This document shows positions 10,738 to 21,580 of a stretch of DNA of 21,580 bases, piece after piece (the first letter of the stretch is position 1; the number at the start of each line of letters is the position of its first letter). This stretch comes from Utricularia gibba (taxonomy: Eukaryota; Plantae; Magnoliophyta). Under the pieces are notes generated by a model. The model was not told the DNA's origin. It saw only the letters and a list, made by a program, of their open reading frames with translations, and ran no database searches. The stretch spans positions 1 through 21,580 of the forward strand of contig NEEC01000497.1 in the NCBI GenBank assembly GCA_002189035.1. The letters run 5' to 3'. The position numbers and the translations under genes were made by a program.

Positions 10738-13700
10738 AAAGTCAGCTGTAGCCCGACAAAAGAAGTGATGCATTTATTAACGTTGGGTTCGGCGGCTGCC
10801 CACATGGTTTTTCAAGCAACAGCTTGCCGTTTTAAGGCGGGTGCTGTCGTTGGCAGCTTTGTAAGGGCCCAAGGTTTGGTCTGGCTCCTGAGCCCAATCG
10901 GGTCCTACTCGATGAAAATCGTGATGCATTTAATGAAGTTAGGATGTCATGAGCGCCCCAAATGGTTTTCTCAACAACCTGATTTATATTTGACGAGGTG
11001 CTTTAGCTGGCACTAGTATCGAGCAAATGGTCGAGTCGCGCTCTGGCCCATAGTCATTTGTAGCCCGGCCAAAAAAGTGATGCATTTATTAACGTTGGGT
11101 TTTTCGGCGGCTGCCTACATGCTTTTTCAAGGAAAAGTTGTCGTTTTTTGGCGGGTGCTGTTGTTGGGAACTTCGTCCGGACCCAAGGTTCGGTCTGACT
11201 TCACAGCACAATAAGGTCCCATTCGACGAAAATCGTGATACCTTTATTGAAGTTAGGATCTCATGACCACCCCAAATGCTTTTTTCAACAGCATGCTATA
11301 CACTTGAGAAGGCGCTTTTGTGGGTCACCGAGATCGGCCGAATTCGGGTCGAGCTCGGGCCCAAGTCAGCTGTAGCCCGACAAAAAGAAGTGATGCATTT
11401 ATTAACGTTGGGTTGTCGGCGGCTGCCCACATGGTTTTTCAAGCAACAGCTTGCCGTTTTAAGGCGGGTGCTGTCGTTGGCAGCTTTGTAAGGGCCCAGG
11501 TTTGGTCTGGCTCCTGAGCCCAATCGGGTCCTACTCGATGAAAATCGTGATGCATTTAATGAAGTTAGGATGTCATGAGCGCCCCAAATGGTTTTCTCAA
11601 CAACCTGATTTTATTTGACGAGGTGCTCTAGGCTGGCACTAGTATCGAGCAAATGGTCGAGTCGCGCTCTGGCCCATAGTCATTTGTAGCCCGGCCAAAA
11701 AAGTGATGCATTTATTAACGTTGGGTTTTCGGCGGCTGCCTACATGCTTTTTCAAGGAAAAAGTTGTCGTTTTTTGGCGGGTGCTGTTGTTGGGAACTTC
11801 GTCCGGACCCAAGGTTCGGTCTGACTTCACAGCACAATAAGGTCCCATTCGACGAAAATCGTGATACCTTTATTGAAGTTAGGATCTCATGACCACCCCA
11901 AATGCTTTTTTCAACAGCATGCTATACACTTGAGAAGGCGCTTTTGTGGGTCACCGAGATCGGGCCGGAATTCGGGTCGAGCTCGGCCCAAAGTCAGCTG
12001 TAGCCCGACAAAAGAAGTGATGCATTTATTAACGTTGGGTTGTCGGCGGCTGCCCACATGGTTTTTCAAGCAACAGCTTGCCGTTTTAAGGCGGGTGCTG
12101 TCGTTGGCAGCTTTGTAAGGGCCCAAGGTTTGGTCTGGCTCCTGAGCCCAATCGGGTCCTACTCGATGAAAATCGTGATGCATTTAATGAAGTTAGGATG
12201 TCATGAGCGCCCCAAATGGTTTTCTCAACAACCTGATTTATATTTGACGAGGTGCTCTAGGCTGGCACTAGTATCGAGCAAATGGTCGAGTCGCGCTCTG
12301 GCCCATAGTCATTTAGCCCGGCCAAAAAAGTGATGCATTTATTAACGTTGGGTTTTCGGCGGCCCTACATGCTTTTTCAAGGAAAAGTTGTCGTTTTTTG
12401 GCGGTGCTGTTGTTGGGAACTTCGTCCGGACCCAAGGTTCGGTCTGACTTCACAGCACAATAAGGTCCCATTCGACGAAAATCGTGATACCTTTATTGAA
12501 GTTAGGATCTCATGACCACCCCAAATGCTTTTTTCAACAGCATGCTATACACTTGAGAAGGCGCTTTTGTGGGTCACCGAGATCGGGCCGGAATTCGGGT
12601 CGAGCTCGGGCCCAAAGTCAGCTGTAGCCCGACAAAAGAAGTGATGCATTTATTACGTTGGGTTGTCGGCGGCTGCCCACATGGTTTTTCAAGCAACAGC
12701 TTGCCGTTTTAAGGCGGGGCTGTCGTTGGCAGCTTTGTAAGGGCCCAAGGTTTGGTCTGGCTCCTGAGCCCAATCGGTCCTACTCGATGAAAATCGTGAT
12801 GCATTTAATGAAGTTAGGATGTCATGAGCGCCCAAATGGTTTTCTCAACAACCTGATTTTATTTGACGAGTGCTCTAGCTGGCACTAGTATCGAGCAAAT
12901 GGTCGAGTCGCGCTCTGGCCCATAGTCATTTGTAGCCCGGCCAAAAAGTGATGCATTTATTAACGTTGGGTTTTCGGCGGCTGCCTACATGCTTTTTCAA
13001 GGAAAAGTTGTCGTTTTTTGGCGGGTGCTGTTGTTGGGAACTTCGTCCGGACCCAAGGTTCGGTCTGACTTCACAGCACAATAAGGTCCCATTCGACGAA
13101 AATCGTGATACCTTTATTGAAGTTAGGATCTCATGACCACCCCAAATGCTTTTTCAACAGCATGCTATACACTTGAGAAGGCGCTTTTGTGGGTCACCGA
13201 GATCGGGCCGAATTCGGGTCGGGCTCGGCCCAAGTCAGCTGTAGCCCGACAAAAGAAGTGATGCATTTATTAACGTTGGGTTGTCGGCGGCTGCCCACAT
13301 GGTTTTTCAAGCAACAGCTTGCCGTTTTAAGGCGGGTGCTGTCGTTGGCAGCTTTGTAAGGGCCCAAGGTTTGGTCTGGCTCCTGAGCCCAATCGGGTCC
13401 TACTCGATGAAATCGTGATGCATTTAATGAAGTTAGGATGTCATGAGCGCCCCAAATGGTTTTCTCAACAACCTGATTTATATTTGACGAGGTGCTCTAG
13501 GCTGGCACTAGTATCGAGCAAATGGTCGAGTCGCGCTCTGGCCCATAGTCATTTGTAGCCCGGCCAAAAAAGTGATGCATTTATTAACGTTGGGTTTTCG
13601 GCGGCTGCCTACATGCTTTTTCAAGGAAAAGTTGTCGTTTTTTGGCGGGTGCTGTTGTTGGGAACTTCGTCCGGACCCAAGGTTCGGTCTGACTTCACAG

Positions 13701-14481
13701 CACAATAAGGTCCCATTCGACGAAAATCGTGATACCTTTATTGAAGTTAGGATCTCATGACCACCCCAAATGCTTTTTTCAACAGCATGCTTTAAACTTG
13801 AGAAGGCGCTTTTGTGGGTCACCGAGATCGGGCCGGAATTCGGGTCGAGCTCGGGCCCAAAGTCAGCTGTAGCCCGACAAAAGAAGTGATGCATTTATTA
13901 ACGTTGGGTTGTCGGCGGCTGCCCACATGGTTTTTCAAGCAACAGCTTGCGTTTTAAGGCGGGTGCTGTCGTTGGCAGCTTTGTAAGGGCCCAAGGTTTG
14001 GTCTGGCTCCTGAGCCCAATCGGGTCCTACTCGATGAAAATCGTGATGCATTTAATGAAGTTAGGATGTCATGAGCGCCCCAAATGGTTTTCTCAACAAC
14101 CTGATTTATATTTGACGAGGTGCTCTAGGCTGGCACTAGTATCGAGCAAATGGTCGAGTCGCGCTCTGGCCCATAGTCATTTGTAGCCCGGCCAAAAAAG
14201 TGATGCATTTATTAACGTTGGGTTTTCGGCGGCTGCCTACATGCTTTTTCAAGGAAAAGTTGTCGTTTTTTGGCGGTGCTGTTGTTGGGAACTTCGTCCG
14301 GACCCAAGGTTCGGTCTGACTTCACAGCACAATAAGGTCCCATTCGACGAAAATCGTGATACCTTTATTGAAGTTAGGATCATGACCACCCCAAATGCTT
14401 TTTTCAACAGCATGCTTTAAACTTGAGAAGGCGCTTTTGTGGGTCACCGAGATCGGGCCGGAATTCGGTCGGGCTCGGGCC
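10738..14481. repeat. Tetramer HOR tract (6 units)
   Basis: X at 10738, 11363, 11990, 12614, 13232 and 13859. Confidence 0.95.
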
Positions 14482-15193
14482 AAAGTCAGCTGTAGCCCGT
14501 CAAAAGAAGTGATGCATTTATTAACGTTGGGTTGTCGGCGGCTGCCCACATGGTTTTTCAAGCAACAGCTTGCCGTTTTAAGGCGGGTGCTGTCGTTGGG
14601 CTTTGTAAGTATAATGAAAATCGTGCCCATGTGGTTTGTCTCCTCGGAATAGTCAGTTGTAGCCTGATGCGTAACATTGCCGTTTTAAAGCTTTGTAAGG
14701 GCCAAGGTTTGGTCTGGCTCCTGAGCCCAATCGGGTCCTACTCGATGAAAATCGTGATGCATTTAATGAAGTTAGGTGTCATGAGCGCCCCAAATGGTTT
14801 TCTCAACACCTGATTTATATTTGACGAGGTGCTCTAGGCTGGCACTAGTATCGAGCAAATGGTCGAGTCGCGCTCTGGCCCATAGTCATTTGTAGCCCGG
14901 CCAAAAAAGTGATGCATTTATTAACGTTGGGTTTTCGGCGGCTGCCTACATGCTTTTTCAAGGAAAAGTTGTCGTTTTTTGGCGGGTGCTGTTGTTGGGA
15001 ACTTCGTCCGGACCCAAGGTTCGGTCTGACTTCACAGCACAATAAGGTCCCATTCGACGAAAATCGTGATACCTTTATTGAAGTTAGGATCTCATGACCA
15101 CCCAAATGCTTTTTTCAACAGCATGCTATACACTTGAGAAGGCGCTTTTGTGGGTCACCGAGATCGGCCGGAATTCGGGTCGAGCTCGGGCCC
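14482..15193. repeat. Collapsed hexamer remnant H6, ~712 bp
   Basis: 14600-14700 is a patchwork of repeat fragments (TGAAAATCGTG, ATAGTCAGTTGTAGCC at 14649, TTGCCGTTTTAA, GCTTTGTAAGG). The A3-specific AGTCAGTTG anchor survives. Y at 14882. Confidence 0.8.
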
Positions 15194-18100
15194 AAAGTCA
15201 GCTGTAGCCCGACAAAAGAAGTGATGCATTTATTAACGTTGGGTTGTCGGCGGCTGCCCACATGGTTTTTCAAGCAACAGCTTGCCGTTTTAAGGCGGGT
15301 GCTGTCGTTGGCAGCTTTGTAAGGGCCCAAGGTTTGGTCTGGCTCCTGAGCCCAATCGGGTCCTACTCGATGAAAATCGTGATGCATTTAATGAAGTTAG
15401 GATGTCATGAGCGCCCCAAATGGTTTTCTCAACAACCTGATTTATATTTGACGAGGTGCTCTAGGCTGGCACTAGTATCGAGCAAAATGGTCGAGTCGCG
15501 CTCTGGCCCATAGTCATTTGTAGCCCGGCCAAAAAAGTGATGCATTTATTAACGTTGGGTTTTCGGCGGCTGCCTACATGCTTTTTCAAGGAAAAGTTGT
15601 CGTTTTTTGGCGGGTGCTGTTGTTGGGAACTTCGTCCGGACCCAAGGTTCGGTCTGACTTCACAGCACAATAAGGTCCCATTCGACGAAAATCGTGATAC
15701 CTTTATTGAAGTTAGGATCTCATGACCACCCAAATGCTTTTTTCAACAGCATGCTATAAACTTGAGAAGGCGCTTTTGTGGGTCACCGAGATCGGGCCGG
15801 AATTCGGGTCGAGCTCGGGCCCAAAGTCAGCTGTAGCCCGACAAAAGAAGTGATGCATTTATTAACGTTGGGTTGTCGGCGGCTGCCCACATGGTTTTTC
15901 AAGCAACAGCTTGCCGTTTTAAGGCGGGTGCTGTCGTTGGCAGCTTTGTAAGGGCCCAAGGTTTGGTCTGGCTCCTGAGCCCAATCGGGTCCTACTCGAT
16001 GAAAATCGTGATGCATTTAATGAAGTTAGGATGTCATGAGCGCCCCAAATGGTTTTCTCAACAACCTGATTTTTATTTGACGAGGTGCTCTAGGCTGGCA
16101 CTAGTATCGAGCAAATGGTCGAGTCGCGCTCTGGCCCATAGTCATTTGTAGCCCGGCCAAAAAAGTGATGCATTTATTAACGTTGGGTTTTCGGCGGCTG
16201 CCTACATGCTTTTTCAAGGAAAAGTTGTCGTTTTTTGGCGGGTGCTGTTGTTGGGAACTTCGTCCGGACCCAAGGTTCGGTCTGACTTCACAGCACAATA
16301 AGGTCCCATTCGACGAAAATCGTGATACCTTTATTGAAGTTAGGATCTCATGACCACCCAAATGCTTTTTTCAACAGCATGCTATACACTTGAGAAGGCG
16401 CTTTTGTGGGTCACCGAGATCGGGCCGGAATTCGGGTCGGCTCGGGCCCAAAGTCAGCTGTAGCCCGACAAAAGAAGTGATGCATTTATTAACGTTGGGT
16501 TGTCGGCGGCTGCCCACATGGTTTTTCAAGCAACAGCTTGCCGTTTTAAGGCGGGTGCTGTCGTTGGCAGCTTTGTAAGGGCCCAAGGTTTGGTCTGGCT
16601 CCTGAGCCCAATCGGGTCCTACTCGATGAAAATCGTGATGCATTTAATGAAGTTAGGATGTCATGAGCGCCCAAATGGTTTTCTCAACAACCTGATTTAT
16701 TTGACGAGGTGCTCTAGGCTGGCACTAGTATCGAGGGGTCGAGTCGCGCTCTGGCCCATAGTCATTTGTAGCCCGGCCAAAAAAGTGATGCATTTATTAA
16801 CGTTGGGTTTTCGGCGGCTGCCTACATGCTTTTTCAAGGAAAAGTTGTCGTTTTTTGGCGGGTGCTGTTGTTGGGAACTTCGTCCGGACCCAAGGTTCGG
16901 TCTGACTTCACAGCAATAAGGTCCCATTCGACGAAAATCGTGATACCTTTATTGAAGTTAGGATCTCATGACCACCCAAATGCTTTTTTCAACAGCATGC
17001 TATACACTTGAGAAGGCGCTTTTGTGGGTCACCGAGATCGGGCCGGAATTCGGGTCGAGCTCGGGCCAAAGTCAGCTGTAGCCCGACAAAAGAAGTGATG
17101 CATTTATTAACGTTGGGTTGTCGGCGGCTGCCCACATGGTTTTTCAAGCAACAGCTTGCCGTTTTAAGGCGGGTGCTGTCTCTTTGTAAGGGCCCAAGGT
17201 TTGGTCTGGCTCCTGAGCCCAATCGGGTCCTACTCGATGAAAATCGTGATGCATTTAATGAAGTTAGGATGTCATGAGCGCCCCAAATGGTTTTCTCAAC
17301 AACCTGATTTATATTTGACGAGGTGCTCTAGGCTGGCACTAGTATCGAGCAAATGGTCGAGTCGCGCTCTGGCCCATAGTCATTTGTAGCCCGGCCAAAA
17401 AAGTGATGCATTTATTAACGTTGGGTTTTCGGCGGCTGCCTACATGCTTTTTCAAGGAAAAGTTGTCGTTTTTTGGCGGGTGCTGTTGTTGGGAACTTCG
17501 TCCGGACCCAAGGTTCGGTCTGACTTCACAGCACAATAAGGTCCCATTCGACGAAAATCGTGATACCTTTATTGAAGTTAGGATCTCATGACCACCCCAA
17601 ATGCTTTTTTCAACAGCATGCTATACACTTGAGAAGGCGCTTTTGTGGGTCACCGAGATCGGGCCGGAATTCGGGTCGAGCTCGGGCCAAAGTCAGCTGT
17701 AGCCCGACAAAAGAAGTGATGCATTTATTAACGTTGGGTTGTCGGCGGCTGCCCACATGGTTTTTCAAGCAACAGCTTGCCGTTTTAAGGCGGGTGCTGT
17801 CGTTGGCAGCTTTGTAAGGGCCCAAGGTTTGGTCTGGCTCCTGAGCCCAATCGGGTCCTACTCGATGAAAATCGTGATGCATTTAATGAAGTTAGGATGT
17901 CATGAGCGCCCCAAATGGTTTTCTCAACAACCTGATTTATATTTGACGAGGTGCTCTAGGCTGGCACTAGTATCGAGCAAATGGTCGAGTCGCGCTCTGG
18001 CCCATAGTCATTTGTAGCCCGGCCAAAAAAAGTGATGCATTTATTAACGTTGGGTTTTCGGCGGCTGCCTACATGCTTTTTCAAGGAAAAGTTGTCGTTT

Positions 18101-21100
18101 TTTGGCGGGTGCTGTTGTTGGGAACTTCGTCCGGACCCAAGGTTCGGTCTGACTTCACAGCACAATAAGGTCCCATTCGACGAAAATCGTGATACCTTTA
18201 TTGAAGTTAGGATCTCATGACCACCCAAATGCTTTTTTCAACAGCATGCTATACACTTGAGAAGGCGCTTTTGTGGGTCACCGAGATCGGGCCGGAATTC
18301 GGGTCGAGCTCGGGCCCAAAGTCAGCTGTAGCCCGTCAAAAGAAGTGATGCATTTATTAACGTTGGGTTGTCGGCGGCTGCCCACATGGTTTTTCAAGCA
18401 ACAGCTTGCCGTTTTAAGGCGGGTGCTGTCGTTGGCAGCTTTGTAAGGGCCCAAGGTTTGGTCTGGCTCCTGAGCCCAATCGGGTCCTACTCGATGAAAA
18501 TCGTGATGCATTTAATGAAGTTAGGATGTCATGAGCGCCCCAAATGGTTTTCTCAACAACCTGATTTATTTTGACGAGGTGCTCTAGCTGGCACTAGTAT
18601 CGAGCAAATGGTCGAGTCGCGCTCTGGCCCATAGTCATTTGTAGCCCGGCCAAAAAAGTGATGCATTTATTAACGTTGGGTTTTCGGCGGCTGCCTACAT
18701 GCTTTTTCAAGGAAAAGTTGTCGTTTTTTGGCGGGTGCTGTTGTTGGGAACTTCGTCCGGACCCAAGGTTCGGTCTGACTTCACAGCACAATAAGGTCCC
18801 ATTCGACGAAAATCGTGATACCTTTATTGAAGTTAGGATCTCATGACCACCCCAAATGCTTTTTTCAACAGCATGCTATACACTTGAGAAGGCGCTTTTG
18901 TGGGTCACCGAGATCGGGCCGGAATTCGGGTCGAGCTCGGGCCCAAAGTCAGCTGTAGCCCGACAAAAGAAGTGATGCATTTATTAACGTTGGGTTGTCG
19001 GCGGCTGCCCACATGGTTTTTCAAGCAACAGCTTGCCGTTTTAAGGCGGGTGCTGTCGTTGGCAGCTTTGTAAGGGCCCAAGGTTTGGTCTGGCTCCTGA
19101 GCCCAATCGGGTCCTACTCGATGAAAATCGTGATGCATTTAATGAAGTTAGGATGTCATGAGCGCCCCAAATGGTTTTCTCAACAACCTGATTTTATTTG
19201 ACGAGGTGCTCTAGGCTGGCACTAGTATCGAGCAAATGGTCGAGTCGCGCTCTGGCCCATAGTCATTTGTAGCCCGGCCAAAAAAGTGATGCATTTATTA
19301 ACGTTGGGTTTTCGGCGGCTGCCTACATGCTTTTTCAAGGAAAAGTTGTCGTTTTTTGGCGGGTGCTGTTGTTGGGAACTTCGTCCGGACCCAAGGTTCG
19401 GTCTGACTTCACAGCACAATAAGGTCCCATTCGACGAAAATCGTGATACCTTTATTGAAGTTAGGATCTCATGACCACCCCAAATGCTTTTTTCAACAGC
19501 ATGCTATACACTTGAGAAGGCGCTTTTGTGGGTCACCGAGATCGGGCCGGAATTCGGGTCGGCTCGGGCCCAAAGTCAGCTGTAGCCCGACAAAAGAAGT
19601 GATGCATTTATTAACGTTGGGTTGTCGGCGGCTGCCCACATGGTTTTTCAAGCAACAGCTTGCCGTTTTAAGGCGGGTGCTGTCGTTGGCAGCTTTGTAA
19701 GGGCCCAAGGTTTGGTCTGGCTCCTGAGCCCAATCGGGTCCTACTCGATGAAAATCGTGATGCATTTAATGAAGTTAGGATGTCATGAGCGCCCCAAATG
19801 GTTTTCTCAACAACCTGATTTATATTTGACGAGGTGCTCTAGGCTGGCACTAGTATCGAGCAAATGGTCGAGTCGCGCTCTGGCCCATAGTCATTTGTAG
19901 CCCGGCCAAAAAAGTGATGCATTTATTAACGTTGGGTTTTCGGCGGCTGCCTACATGCTTTTTCAAGGAAAAGTTGTCGTTTTTTGGCGGGTGCTGTTGT
20001 TGGGAACTTCGTCCGGACCCAAGGTTCGGTCTGACTTCACAGCACAATAAGGTCCCATTCGACGAAAATCGTGATACCTTTATTGAAGTTAGGATCTCAT
20101 GACCACCCAAATGCTTTTTTCAACAGCATGCTATACACTTGAGAAGGCGCTTTTGTGGGTCACCGAGATCGGGCCGGAATTCGGGTCGGCTCGGGCCCAA
20201 AGTCAGCTGTAGCCCGACAAAAGAAGTGATGCATTTATTAACGTTGGGTTGTCGGCGGCTGCCCACATGGTTTTTCAAGCAACAGCTTGCCGTTTTAAGG
20301 CGGGTGCTGTCGTTGGCAGCTTTGTAAGGGCCCAAGGTTTGGTCTGGCTCTGAGCCCAATCGGGTCCTACTCGATGAAAATCGTGATGCATTTAATGAAG
20401 TTAGGATGTCATGAGCGCCCCAAATGGTTTTCTCAACAACCTGATTTATATTTGACGAGGTGCTCTAGCTGGCACTAGTATCGAGCAAATGGTCGAGTCG
20501 CGCTCTGGCCCATAGTCATTTGTAGCCCGGCCAAAAAAGTGATGCATTTATTAACGTTGGGTTTTCGGCGGCTGCCTACATGCTTTTTCAAGGAAAAGTT
20601 GTCGTTTTTTGGCGGGTGCTGTTGTTGGGAACTTCGTCCGGACCCAAGGTTCGGTCTGACTTCACAGCACAATAAGGTCCCATTCGACGAAAATCGTGAT
20701 ACCTTTATTGAAGTTAGGATCTCATGACCACCCCAAATGCTTTTTTCAACAGCATGCTACACTTGAGAAGGCGCTTTTGTGGGTCACCCGAGATCGGGCC
20801 GGAATTCGGGTCGAGCTCGGGCCCAAAGTCAGCTGTAGCCCGACAAAAGAAGTGATGCATTTATTAACGTTGGGTTGTCGGCGGCTGCCCACATGGTTTT
20901 TCAAGCAACAGCTTGCCGTTTTAAGGCGGGTGCTGTCGTTGGCAGCTTTGTAAGGGCCCAAGGTTTGGTCTGGCTCCTGAGCCCAATCGGGTCCTACTCG
21001 ATGAAAATCGTGATGCATTTAATGAAGTTAGGATGTCATGAGCGCCCCAAATGGTTTTCTCAACAACCTGATTTATATTTGACGAGGTGCTCTAGCTGGC

Positions 21101-21580
21101 ACTAGTATCGAGCAAATGGTCGAGTCGCGCTCTGGCCCATAGTCATTTGTAGCCCGGCCAAAAAAAGTGATGCATTTATTAACGTTGGGTTTTCGGCGGC
21201 TGCCTACATGCTTTTCAAGGAAAAGTTGTCGTTTTTTGGCGGGTGCTGTTGTTGGGAACTTCGTCCGGACCCAAGGTTCGGTCTGACTTCACAGCACAAT
21301 AAGGTCCCATTCGACGAAAATCGTGATACCTTTATTGAAGTTAGGATCTCATGACCACCCCAAATGCTTTTTTCAACAGCATGCTATACACTTGAGAAGG
21401 CGCTTTTGTGGGTCACCGAGATCGGGCCGGAATTCGGGTCGGCTCGGGCCAAAGTCAGCTGTAGCCCGACAAAAGAAGTGATGCATTTATTAACGTTGGG
21501 TTGTCGGCGGCTGCCCACATGGTTTTTCAAGCAACAGCTTGCCGTTTTAAGGCGGGTGCTGTCGTTGGCAGCTTTGTAAG
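15194..21580. repeat. Homogeneous tetramer HOR tract (10 units plus a partial X)
   Basis: X at 15194, 15823, 16450, 17068, 17689, 18318, 18945, 19572, 20199, 20825 and 21451, spaced ~618-629 bp. No Bv/A3 insert. Confidence 0.96.

Larger units (their letters stand above)
1..21580. repeat. Tandem satellite DNA array: ~156-bp monomers, ~313-bp dimers, ~626-bp tetramer HOR; head-to-tail and extending beyond both window edges
   Basis: The X-dimer anchor AAAGTCAGCTGTAGCCCG recurs at 1, 624, 1251, 2167, 3102, 3727, 4352 ... 20825, 21451. The Y-dimer anchor ATAGTCATTTGTAGCCCGGCC recurs 32 times (314, 939, 1854 ... 21139). The monomer core GTGAT(G/A)C(A/C)TTTA occurs at 28, 186, 341, 497 and 651, with spacings of 158/155/156/154 bp. 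I saw no unique sequence or inversion. Confidence 0.99.
1..21580. repeat. Tentative family: plant 313-bp subtelomeric satellite resembling Silene latifolia X43.1 / SacI (Sl-distal) satDNA
   Basis: Seen: dimer length ~313 bp (1 to 314; tetramers of 625-628 bp), ~53% AT in the first 60 bp, and a SacI site GAGCTC at many Y/X junctions. Recalled, not checked: the Silene SacI/X43.1 family has a 313-bp, ~53% AT unit. This is a match of properties, not of aligned sequence. Confidence 0.45.

Noticed and set aside
14598-14705. Possible transposon footprint or foreign insertion
   Set aside because: There is no TIR, LTR or target-site duplication. The sequence parses into ordered fragments of the hexamer unit and is a net deletion.
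51-21579. About 130 short ORFs (60-139 aa) on both strands, such as MSAAAHMVFQ..., MMHLLTLGF... and MHHDFHRVG...
   Set aside because: They are the same few translations repeated once per satellite unit and are broken at random by indels. They have no recognisable domain and overlap in several frames, so they are chance ORFs.
1-21580. CRISPR-like regular spacing of a conserved motif (GTGATGCATTTA every ~156 bp)
   Set aside because: The intervening sequences are repeated rather than unique, are too long for spacers, and no cas genes or leader are present.
1-21580. Assignment as a functional centromere because of the nucleosome-sized ~156-bp monomer and HOR structure
   Set aside because: Monomer size and HORs are not diagnostic. 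I do not recognise the sequence as CentO, CentC or alpha satellite, and I saw no CENP-B box. CENH3 ChIP would be needed.

Overview
The whole 21.58-kb window is one uninterrupted, single-orientation satellite DNA array. I find no credible protein-coding gene, RNA gene, transposon or CRISPR array; the ORFs in the track are repeated by-products of the satellite unit. The array is hierarchical. A ~156-bp base monomer (core GTGAT.C.TTTA.T.A.GTT.GG) has two classes, A and B, which pair into a ~313-bp dimer. Two dimer types, X (A1-B1) and Y (A2-B2), alternate to give a ~626-bp tetramer higher-order repeat (HOR). I count 26 complete tetramers and one partial. Six variant hexamer units carry a third, diverged dimer lineage (Bv plus A3), at 1251, 2167, 4973, 5874, 9846 and 14482. 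Shared variants suggest multi-kb duplications above the HOR level (offsets of ~3.65 kb and ~4.64 kb). The right ~6.3 kb is a homogeneous tetramer tract. The 313-bp unit, ~53% AT and SacI site fit my recollection of the Silene latifolia subtelomeric X43.1/SacI (Sl-distal) satellite, but this is unverified. Frequent homopolymer indels and eroded hexamer copies suggest long-read consensus or polishing errors, so fine-scale variants need read-level confirmation. I see no new gene system. The notable content is the repeat architecture.
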